From NCBI GenBank assembly GCA_048937405.1, contig JBHLNF010000001.1, forward strand, positions 128,001 to 192,000: a stretch of 64,000 bases of DNA, written 5' to 3'. The DNA is from Promethearchaeota archaeon. Lineage in GTDB: Archaea; Asgardarchaeota; Lokiarchaeia; Sigyniarchaeales; SOKP01. Positions 28,138-36,427 of this stretch are shown in pieces. A model generated the notes under the pieces. The model was not told the origin of the DNA, searched no databases, and saw nothing but the letters and a program-made list of their open reading frames with translations. Position numbers and translations under genes: made by a program. Each line of letters opens with the position of its first letter. Position 1 is the first letter of the stretch.

Positions 28138-29115
28138 ATGACTGAGAATGAAAAGTTAAAAAACGAGATTAAAGAAGAAAAAAGTAAGGAAGAGTTAGAT
28201 AAAGAAAAAGAAGAAAAACTCAAAATTGAATCTCTTCAAAAAGCAGGGAAAATTGCTCAAGCAGTTAAAAAGTATATTAAGCCAAAAATTAAAGTAGGAG
28301 CAAAAATTTTTGATTTAATATCTGATATCGAAGCTAAAATTGAGGAGTTAGGGGGATTTTGTGCTTTTCCAGCAAATATTTGTGTAAATAATATTGCTGC
28401 TCATTACACATCTCCAACTAAAGATGATGGTTTAGAAGTAAATGAAGGAGATTTAGTTAAAATTGATCTAGGTGTCCATGTAGAAGGATATATAGTAGAT
28501 ACTGCTTTTTCTATAAATTTTAGTGAAGAAGAATCAGTTGAGAATATCATACAAGCAATTGAAGTGGCACTTGATGCAGCAAAAATGATGGCTAAACCTA
28601 AAACTAATACTCAAAACATTGGTAAAAAAATAGAAGAAATTGTTAAAGGTTTTAAATACAATCCAATCAGAGAACTTGGTGGACATCAAATTGAAAGATG
28701 GACTGTTCATGGTAAAAAACAACTGCCAGAATTAGGCTCTCAGGGGGGAGATATAATGGAACTTGACGAGGTTTTTTCTATTGAGATCTTTGCTAGTACA
28801 GGTCAGGGTTCAGTTCATAATACCCAATATTCATATATATATGAAATGAATCCCTATGCAGGTAGAGTCCCTTTACGAAGAAAAACATCTAAACAACTCC
28901 TAGGCTATATTAATAAAAATTTTAAGACTTTACCATTTGCGGAGAGATGGTTAGCAAAAGAATTTAGGTTAGGAGTTGCTTTTGGGCTTCAAGAATTAAT
29001 ACAACAAGGTAAATTACAAGTACATAATGTATTAGCTGAAAAAAAGGGAGTTAAAGTAGCCCAGATCGAGGAAACAATCCTTATTACTGAAGAAGGATTT
29101 GAACAATTGACTTGA
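28138..29115 (+). CDS. map: methionine aminopeptidase type II
   Basis: AFPAN, AAHYT, KIDLGVHVEGYIVDTA, GHQI, IEIF, TLPFAERW insert, AQIEET. Confidence 0.95.
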   Translation: MTENEKLKNEIKEEKSKEELDKEKEEKLKIESLQKAGKIAQAVKKYIKPKIKVGAKIFDLISDIEAKIEELGGFCAFPANICVNNIAAHYTSPTKDDGLEVNEGDLVKIDLGVHVEGYIVDTAFSINFSEEESVENIIQAIEVALDAAKMMAKPKTNTQNIGKKIEEIVKGFKYNPIRELGGHQIERWTVHGKKQLPELGSQGGDIMELDEVFSIEIFASTGQGSVHNTQYSYIYEMNPYAGRVPLRRKTSKQLLGYINKNFKTLPFAERWLAKEFRLGVAFGLQELIQQGKLQVHNVLAEKKGVKVAQIEETILITEEGFEQLT

Positions 29116-29156
29116 AATAATAATAAATAACAAATAAAAGGATTTTCTTACTTAAT

Positions 29157-30269
29157 ATGGATAAATTAAATATTTGTTTAATTTCCTTAACGTTTGCTCC
29201 TGATACGCAAGATGGGGCGGCTAAATTCTTTACTGGGATCTATAAATATCTAAAAAATCAAGGTCATAATGTAAAAGTAATTACAGGAAAATGGAATAAA
29301 TCACTCCCAGATCCAAATATTTTGCAAATAGCTATTATTAGAAGAAGATTTTTTTGGTTTCCTCAGTTTAATATTAAAACCGTAAAATTTTTAAAACGAA
29401 ATCAATTCGATATTATCCATGGTAATAGCCCTAAAGGAATTTTACCTATAATATTCGCAAACAAGAAACGATTCATATCTACGATTCATGATTTAGGTCC
29501 ATTTGAAACTCGATTTACTAGAATTCCAATTGAAAGATTTTTAATTAAATATGCTGTTAACAAGTCAACTTATATCACAACCTGCTCTGAATTTATAAAA
29601 AAGGAAATTAAATATTACATCCCAAATACAGATTTAAATAAGATTTTTAATCTCTATTCAGCGATTGAAAATAAATATAAACCTCTTCCTAAAGAATCTC
29701 AAAAATTAAAAGAAAAACTTGGTATTAAAGGACCAGTTCTACTATATATCGGGCGAATAGCTAAATACAAGGGTGTTAGTGATATCATAAAAGCTTATCA
29801 AATTGCTAAAAAAGAGATTCCTGGATTAAATTTAGTAATGGGGGGAAAGCCTGATTTTTATATGGAAAAATCTTATCTAGAATGGAAACAAAAGTTCAAT
29901 GATATCTATTTTGTTGGTTTTATTCATGAAAAAGAAATTCCTGTATATTTCTCGATGGGTGATATATTTGTAACATATTCTTATGCATCTGAAGGCTTTG
30001 GTTTAACTCCAATTGAAGCAATTGCATGTGGAACTCCTGTGATTTGTTCATCAATGATAGCATATAAAGAAGTTTTAAAGGATAACGCAATTTTTGTTCC
30101 TCCTAAAAATCCTCAACTACTCGCAAAAGAAATTATTAATTTGTTACAGGATGATATCAAGAGAAGAACTTTAATAGAAAGGGCCCAAAAGTTTATAAAA
30201 AGATATAGTTGGAAATCAGTTGGTGAAAAATTAGAGACAATTTATCGTAAATTCATATTTGATGAATAA
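29157..30269 (+). CDS. GT4 family glycosyltransferase
   Basis: TIHD, YIGRIAKYKG, EGFGLTPIEAIACGTPVI, YSW. Confidence 0.92.
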   Translation: MDKLNICLISLTFAPDTQDGAAKFFTGIYKYLKNQGHNVKVITGKWNKSLPDPNILQIAIIRRRFFWFPQFNIKTVKFLKRNQFDIIHGNSPKGILPIIFANKKRFISTIHDLGPFETRFTRIPIERFLIKYAVNKSTYITTCSEFIKKEIKYYIPNTDLNKIFNLYSAIENKYKPLPKESQKLKEKLGIKGPVLLYIGRIAKYKGVSDIIKAYQIAKKEIPGLNLVMGGKPDFYMEKSYLEWKQKFNDIYFVGFIHEKEIPVYFSMGDIFVTYSYASEGFGLTPIEAIACGTPVICSSMIAYKEVLKDNAIFVPPKNPQLLAKEIINLLQDDIKRRTLIERAQKFIKRYSWKSVGEKLETIYRKFIFDE

Positions 30270-30353
30270 AATATTGTTAGGAGGAAAGTTTCCATTAAAC
30301 ATTATAAACTAATTTTATCTTCCTATTTAAACTTTGATTGAAATTATTATATC

Positions 30354-31472
30354 TTATTTGTTTATTAATTTATTTTTAACAAACTCAAAACAAATTTCAT
30401 TGGGATTCTCAAATTGGCAAATTTTTTCTTTAAATGAGCTTATCTTAAATCTATCTGGAGTGGGTCCTTGATTAAGAAGACTGATGGTTCTTTCTATGAT
30501 ACTCTTTGAATCCCGTAGGTGTTCTAGAGGAAATCCCTCACTAATTAAAAATTTTTCTTGAGGGGCTGATTCTCCGGGATAAAATTCTATACTAGGGACA
30601 TTTAATAAACTTGATTCTCTCACAATAGTACCACCTCCACTAATTATTATACCCCCATAAAAGCATAAATCAACTAAATTTGGTAAATAGCGTGTAATGA
30701 TTATATTCTTCTCTTTATTTAGGTTAATAAGTTCTTTCAAAAGAAATTGTTCTTGTATTTTTGAGCGGACTAAAATCAAATATTTATAATTTGGAAAAGC
30801 TTTAAAAATTGGAGGTAAGAATTTACTTATCAGAGTTTCTTCTGGTTTAATTTTTCCAATTAAATATGAGGCATGAGTGGGTTCAGTTCTCATGATTAAG
30901 AATTTACCTTTTTCTAAATCAAGATTATTCAGAATCTCAGGATTCGGCGTATATTCTGAAAGCCAAGCAATTTCATCTAGCCCATTATATCTAATTATTT
31001 TTTCAGGATCAGCATGAAGTTGTATATATAACTCTTTAGGAATGCATTTAGGAACTATTACATTATCTATAAATGGATGGATTAACTTGCATACAGGCTT
31101 ATTTCTGGGTTCATCATTCATCCCTATTGATGGTGTTTTTAATCCATAGGCAATTCTTGTACCTTCCACAGAGAGAAAAGTAACAAAATAATCTGGTGAA
31201 AATTTATTAATTATCGGAAAAAGTTGATTTAAACGCTCAATATACGCGCATAATTTCTCTTCGATTTTATCACCACCATGACGTCCAATTTTCATGTAAT
31301 CAACTCCATAATTCTCTAGAATTTGAAAAGTAGAATCATAATCTCGAGCGGTAATTAATAGTTTTATCCCTTCATTTTCAAACTTTTTATATAATGAATT
31401 AAACATAATTGCAGTTTTAGGTTGCTCGATATCAATCCAAATTCTTTTACCAGAAAGACTCATAATAAGCAC
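30354..31472 (-). CDS. DUF354 family GT-B-fold protein
   Basis: IWIDI, ITARDY, IGRHGG, YNGLDE, RTEP..ASY, SGGGTIVRESSLL. Confidence 0.8.
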   Translation of the reverse strand: MLIMSLSGKRIWIDIEQPKTAIMFNSLYKKFENEGIKLLITARDYDSTFQILENYGVDYMKIGRHGGDKIEEKLCAYIERLNQLFPIINKFSPDYFVTFLSVEGTRIAYGLKTPSIGMNDEPRNKPVCKLIHPFIDNVIVPKCIPKELYIQLHADPEKIIRYNGLDEIAWLSEYTPNPEILNNLDLEKGKFLIMRTEPTHASYLIGKIKPEETLISKFLPPIFKAFPNYKYLILVRSKIQEQFLLKELINLNKEKNIIITRYLPNLVDLCFYGGIIISGGGTIVRESSLLNVPSIEFYPGESAPQEKFLISEGFPLEHLRDSKSIIERTISLLNQGPTPDRFKISSFKEKICQFENPNEICFEFVKNKLINK

Positions 31473-31587
31473 TTTAATGACGATTTAGTTTTATTTTTTT
31501 TTATATATTGAAATATCATTAATCGAGAATTTAATAGTTTTTAGTACTTCAATCATTTAAATTTTTATTCTCTTGTATAGAGGAGAG

Positions 31588-31881
31588 CTATTTCTGACAA
31601 ACACAAGGTTTTGATTTACACTTGATACACTTATCAGGATACTTTTTTAATAGGGCTGATTCAAGATCTATTTCTAATAAATTTGCCAAGGAATTTGACC
31701 ATGCAATAATATCAGCTAATTCTTCTGAAGCATATTGTTTATCAAGAACCTTACTTCTTAAAACACGGGCTAATTCTCCAATTTCTTCAATTAACCAAAT
31801 GAACGTGTTATTAATTCCTCTTTTCAAATCTTTTTTGAAATAAATTTCTTTAATTAAACTCTGAAATTCTGAAATTTTCAT
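31588..31881 (-). CDS. MazG-like nucleotide pyrophosphohydrolase
   Basis: WLIEEIGELA, EELADIIAW, C-terminal CxxC..PCxC. Confidence 0.88.
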   Translation of the reverse strand: MKISEFQSLIKEIYFKKDLKRGINNTFIWLIEEIGELARVLRSKVLDKQYASEELADIIAWSNSLANLLEIDLESALLKKYPDKCIKCKSKPCVCQK

Positions 31882-31935
31882 GTAAGCTCCATTCTCAATT
31901 GCTATTTTTTTTTTATTAACAGAACCATATCACTA

Positions 31936-32157
31936 TTATCCACCACCAGGAGTGAATAACCATGAAAAAAGATCTAAATGTGCTAGAATAACAATTAGGA
32001 TTAAAGCAATAGATAAAATTACCGTACTAATAGGTCCAATTTTTATACCTACTGAGCTATCCTGAAAGAATCTCATCAATCCTGCTCCTGCCATTGGCAT
32101 CGGAGCACTCCCACTTCGTCTTTTTTTACGTCTTGATTGAGTTGTACGAGAGGACAT
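31936..32157 (-). CDS. preprotein translocase subunit Sec61-beta
   Basis: Basic N-term, AGLMRFFQD...IKIGP followed by one TM helix. Confidence 0.9.
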   Translation of the reverse strand: MSSRTTQSRRKKRRSGSAPMPMAGAGLMRFFQDSSVGIKIGPISTVILSIALILIVILAHLDLFSWLFTPGGG

Positions 32158-32312
32158 TACTAAAGTTAGGTCTAAAATGTATAATAATTATATTGTAAGA
32201 TAATTTCTAAAAGCATTTAAAATTTTTTTTTAAATCTTAGTACAAAATATGGAAAATTTTTTTATCTTGTTTTAATTATCTTTTGATAATTCTAAGAAAA
32301 CATCAGTAGACT

Positions 32313-34160
32313 ATGTTGAAAAAAATAAAAATATCATTAGTTATTCTAATTTTCGTTATTTTTTTGATTAATATCTCCTACTTTCCTTGTTTTTTAGATT
32401 TTGATAATAATAATAAAAATACTGATACAAATCAATTAAATAATTCTGCAAGTTTAGATGGAGTGGAGAATATATTAATAACCAATCTTTTTAGAAATGT
32501 CACTCTGAGTGGTTACGGCTTTTCAACATTTGAAGACTCGATTTCAATTACAAATTTCAATAACAATCCTATCAACTCAATATTTATTGGAATACCATTA
32601 AATAATTCAAAGAATTTGGTGTTTTTTAAATCTACGGGAGATAAGGGAAATACATTACATACAGAACGTCCGTTTTTAATAGTAAAAGATTATGAAATGT
32701 TTGAAATTTATTTCGACTCCCCCTTATTGCCTCAACAAACGAAATCTATTAAATTCTTTCATCAATATAAAGATCTCATTACTTTTTATGTTATAGATAG
32801 TAGTAATTTTCATTATTATACTGGATTGGTATATCCTATCTTACCATATAGAGTAGAAGGAGAGATAAAAGCTTATTATTACTTACCAGAAGGATCTGCA
32901 GATATAGAGGGTGGATGGGGTTTTGAGCATGAGGAACCTGAGTATTTTATACGTTATGAATTAGTATTTATTGAAGACCAAATTGGTGATTTGATCTTAA
33001 CACCGTACATGGAAAATTTAGGCGAATTAAAGGAGATTTCCATCATTTATTCTCATGATTCTTTGTCAAAAATGGAAATCGGTAAAATTAATAGAGAAAT
33101 ATCAATTTCTCCATGGGGGATCATGAAAATTAAAGATGCAATTACAATTGAAAATGTAGGAACGGGCAATTATTACTCTCTCTCACTTTATGTACCATTA
33201 CAAGCTAAAGAAATAACTGTTTCAGATGACCTAGGAGGTTTGTATTTCACTGTAGATTCTAGTGCAGAAATGAAATTGGTATTTATTCAATTAACGATAA
33301 ATCGTATCATAATATTACCTAATACAACATATAGTTTTACCATTGAATATTACTTACCTTTTGAGGATTATTCATCCATAAACTGGTTTCAAAATTCAAT
33401 TCAACTTGATATTTTAGCAACTAAATTTGCTTATCTTGGAAAACATCAAACAATAAAAATTATTATAGATGGATGTGAAAACATTGATTTTATTACCGCT
33501 CCTCCAGAATCGATAAAAGAGTCACATGGTACTATGATAATAACATATGAGTCAGATTATGTTACTCCTTTTGAAAGTAATATCATCCAATTTACGTTCA
33601 CAATTGATCTTTTCAACTTACTTTTAAGACCCATTGCTATTATGCTTTTAATATCATTTCTAGCTATAATTTTTGTTTTATTTATCAAATTAAGAAAGGA
33701 AGGTAGTAAAACAGATTTATTAAAAAAAGAATTTATCCCTGTTAATGAAATAAGAGAATTCTGCTCTTTGTATGAAGAAAAAAATGCTTTATTCTTAGAA
33801 ATAAGTCAAGCAGATGAAGACCAAAGAAGAAAAAAAATCTCTAAAAATAATTATAAAAAAATTCTAGATAAAAATACATCAAAAATAGATGAAATACAAA
33901 AAGAAATTATTCCTTTTAAGAAAACTTTATCAGAGATAAACATTACGTTTGAAAATGTAATAAACAAGTTAGATGTTTTAGAAGCAGAGCGAATTAGCGT
34001 TAAGGATAGCTTAAATCTATTAGAATCTCGATATAAAAGAGGAAGATTGCCTTCCAGAGCTGCTTTCCTTAAATTATCTGATGACTTTAAGAAACGGAGT
34101 AAAAGAATAGAGAGAAATATTGATAAATTAATTCAACAATTAAGAAGTTATCTTCTATAA
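32313..34160 (+). CDS. ribophorin I (Ost1/RPN1)-like oligosaccharyltransferase subunit
   Basis: Signal/anchor; two beta-rich repeats (RNVTLSGYG; REISISPWG..KIKDAITIEN, cf. RPN1 REIEISHWG); one TM; coiled-coil cytoplasmic tail. Confidence 0.75.
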   Translation: MLKKIKISLVILIFVIFLINISYFPCFLDFDNNNKNTDTNQLNNSASLDGVENILITNLFRNVTLSGYGFSTFEDSISITNFNNNPINSIFIGIPLNNSKNLVFFKSTGDKGNTLHTERPFLIVKDYEMFEIYFDSPLLPQQTKSIKFFHQYKDLITFYVIDSSNFHYYTGLVYPILPYRVEGEIKAYYYLPEGSADIEGGWGFEHEEPEYFIRYELVFIEDQIGDLILTPYMENLGELKEISIIYSHDSLSKMEIGKINREISISPWGIMKIKDAITIENVGTGNYYSLSLYVPLQAKEITVSDDLGGLYFTVDSSAEMKLVFIQLTINRIIILPNTTYSFTIEYYLPFEDYSSINWFQNSIQLDILATKFAYLGKHQTIKIIIDGCENIDFITAPPESIKESHGTMIITYESDYVTPFESNIIQFTFTIDLFNLLLRPIAIMLLISFLAIIFVLFIKLRKEGSKTDLLKKEFIPVNEIREFCSLYEEKNALFLEISQADEDQRRKKISKNNYKKILDKNTSKIDEIQKEIIPFKKTLSEINITFENVINKLDVLEAERISVKDSLNLLESRYKRGRLPSRAAFLKLSDDFKKRSKRIERNIDKLIQQLRSYLL

Positions 34161-34184
34161 ACTATCTTTATAGTGGAAAAATTC

Positions 34185-34808
34185 ATGAAGCCATGGTTAT
34201 TTGATATATTAGCATGTCCTATTGATAAATATTTTCCATTAAAACTATATATTTTTTCCTTTGAAACCAAAACTGAAGAATTTCAAGTATTTCTTGACAA
34301 ATATAAAAAAAGAGATCTAAGTTCTATAAAAGAAGAGAAAATAATTGAAGTATCCATGAATAAAGATGTACTCTTAATAAAAGATAATATTATTATTGAA
34401 TTTTCCCCTCTTAAATCTTATCTTGAATTAATAATATCAAGTATTAGTGAATTAGATAATATCTTTGACAACACTAAAAAATTAACTAGTAAAGAATGTT
34501 TAAATTTAGTAAAGACAGAAGTTAAACAAAAAATTGTAGATTACTTGAAGAAGAACAATATTGAAAATATTGATGATATCTTTCCTGAATTATATTTTCT
34601 AAACAAAATAAAATTAGAAACAGAAATTGAATCTGGCTTACTATTTTGTGATAAATGTAAGAGATGGTATCCTATAATAGACACAATACCTCAAATGCTT
34701 CCAGATAAATATAGAGATCAACAAAAAGAAATTGAATTCCTTAAAATCAATAAAAATTTATTAGATGAAGAATTTTTTTTTCAAAACCTAAAACCATTTA
34801 ATATATAA
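34185..34808 (+). CDS. Trm112-like methyltransferase activator with long internal insertion
   Basis: MKPWLFDILACP...EIESGLLFCDKCKRWYPIIDTIPQML; ATG 34185 preferred over GTG 34173. Confidence 0.8.
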   Translation: MKPWLFDILACPIDKYFPLKLYIFSFETKTEEFQVFLDKYKKRDLSSIKEEKIIEVSMNKDVLLIKDNIIIEFSPLKSYLELIISSISELDNIFDNTKKLTSKECLNLVKTEVKQKIVDYLKKNNIENIDDIFPELYFLNKIKLETEIESGLLFCDKCKRWYPIIDTIPQMLPDKYRDQQKEIEFLKINKNLLDEEFFFQNLKPFNI

Positions 34809-34814
34809 AAAAAG

Positions 34815-34916
34815 AGCCCGGTGGTGTAGTGGCCAAGCATTTGGGGCCTTGAACCCCGCGACCACGGTTCGAATATTATCAAGTATGCTTGTTAATTGAA
34901 ATTCCGTGCCGGGCTA
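34815..34916 (+). tRNA. tRNA-Gln(UUG) with 29-nt intron at position 59/60
   Basis: Acceptor AGCCCGG/CCGGGCT+A; anticodon arm TGGGG-CCTTGAA-CCCCG; T arm CACGG-TTCGAA[intron 34874-34902]T-CCGTG; no encoded CCA. Confidence 0.9.
34874..34902 (+). other. archaeal tRNA intron with bulge-helix-bulge motif
   Basis: Central helix TTCG/TGAA, 3-nt bulges AAT and ATT, flanking helices CACGG/CCGTG and ATTA/TAAT. Confidence 0.85.
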
Positions 34917-34989
34917 TTTTTATATAAAGAAAAAGGGAAATCTATAAAATACAATATCAATTTATGCGAAAATAATACTTCACAATAAC

Positions 34990-36354
34990 ATGCCTCCTCT
35001 TACAGATTTAAATTGGAGTTTTCTGGAAATATTTTATTTGATATTACTTTTTTTAATTGGAATTTTAGTCACTTTTAAAATACTCCCTTTTATAATAAAA
35101 TTCATGAATAAGAAAGATCATGTAGGTTATGATATACACAAAAACACCCAACCTAAAGTGGCTGAATCTGGTGGAATTGCTTTAGTTATTGGCTTTATAA
35201 TTGTTTCTATTTTCCTAATGTTTTTTTTTCCAATATTGTTAAAGGAAACACTTATTTTTCTATCTACTGTTGTTAGTGCGGGAGTTATAGGATTTATTGA
35301 TGATGTAAAAAAATTAAAATCTAGATATAAAATAATTCTTTCAATTTTGTGTGGTAGTCCTATTTTTATTGCGAATTACTTCGGATTTATAACAATTTCT
35401 TCACCCACAATTCCCTTTCTTGATAAAACCAGATTATCCTTTATATATCCACTTGTTATACCCATAATTGTAGCAGTTTTTGTCAATACTGTAAACATGT
35501 TAGAAGGATATAACGGAGAAGGTTCTGGAACATGTTTAATTATTGTAATATTTCTGGGTATTTGTGGGCTTATTTGGAATTCTGCTGAGGCTGTGCTGTT
35601 TACTATCCCAGTAATAGCGGTTTTAATCCCATTTTTTATTTATAATAAATATCCAGCAAAAATTTTCCCCGGAGATGTAGGAACTCTAAGTTTGGGAGCC
35701 ATGATTGCTTGTATTATGCTTTTTGGATCGCTTGAAGTCGCTACTTTTTGTGCCCTTCTCGCTCATATATTTAATAGTTTTTATGTTATCAATTCTGTTC
35801 GTGGATTTTTTGAAAGTACTGATATTCATAAAGATAGAGGTGACATCATATTGCTTGGAAATGATAGAATTAAAGCATCAGATAAAAGAGATGCTGCCTT
35901 AACCTTACCTCGGCTAATATTAGCGAAAGGGCCATTAACAGAGCCAAAGTTAGTAAAAAATTTCTTTGCTCTATCAACAATTTGTGGATTATTTTCTATT
36001 GTATCTATAGTCTTTTTACAGGTTTCCATAGGTAATTATGAAGTTATTGCTTTTTTTATTACAACCATTATTATTTTTTTTCCTACTATTTATATATTGT
36101 ATAAATTTCCTAGAATAAGAGGTATAGTCGTGCAGATGATCATTCTACTTGTTTCTATAACAATTTTTCTAGTTATTATAGAAGTATTTATTATGCCTTT
36201 GCCATTTGAAGATATTGAATTTTTTATAGTAGATATTCCTGTTAATCTTTTAATTTCTTTTCTTTTATTTGTTCCTGGATTATTATTATGGTATTTTCTA
36301 ACTATTAGATATTTTTGGTCTGTAATTAAGAAAATAAACAATACAAATAAATAG
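34990..36354 (+). CDS. UDP-GlcNAc:dolichyl-phosphate GlcNAc-1-P transferase (AglH/Alg7/MraY family)
   Basis: DIHK..P.VAESGG, GFIDD, NTVNMLEGYNG, NKYPAKIFPGDVG; extra C-terminal TM helices. Confidence 0.85.
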   Translation: MPPLTDLNWSFLEIFYLILLFLIGILVTFKILPFIIKFMNKKDHVGYDIHKNTQPKVAESGGIALVIGFIIVSIFLMFFFPILLKETLIFLSTVVSAGVIGFIDDVKKLKSRYKIILSILCGSPIFIANYFGFITISSPTIPFLDKTRLSFIYPLVIPIIVAVFVNTVNMLEGYNGEGSGTCLIIVIFLGICGLIWNSAEAVLFTIPVIAVLIPFFIYNKYPAKIFPGDVGTLSLGAMIACIMLFGSLEVATFCALLAHIFNSFYVINSVRGFFESTDIHKDRGDIILLGNDRIKASDKRDAALTLPRLILAKGPLTEPKLVKNFFALSTICGLFSIVSIVFLQVSIGNYEVIAFFITTIIIFFPTIYILYKFPRIRGIVVQMIILLVSITIFLVIIEVFIMPLPFEDIEFFIVDIPVNLLISFLLFVPGLLLWYFLTIRYFWSVIKKINNTNK

Positions 36355-36427
36355 ATACAGAAATCTAACAATTTTCCTAAAAGAATTAAAATAATATTCA
36401 TTATCAGAAAAATACGAGGTATTAGAT

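Noticed and set aside
34847-34853. Reading the tRNA as Ser(UGA) or as a Sec/suppressor tRNA
   Set aside because: Stem register places TTG at 34-36; the short variable loop and A1-U72 pair fit archaeal tRNA-Gln
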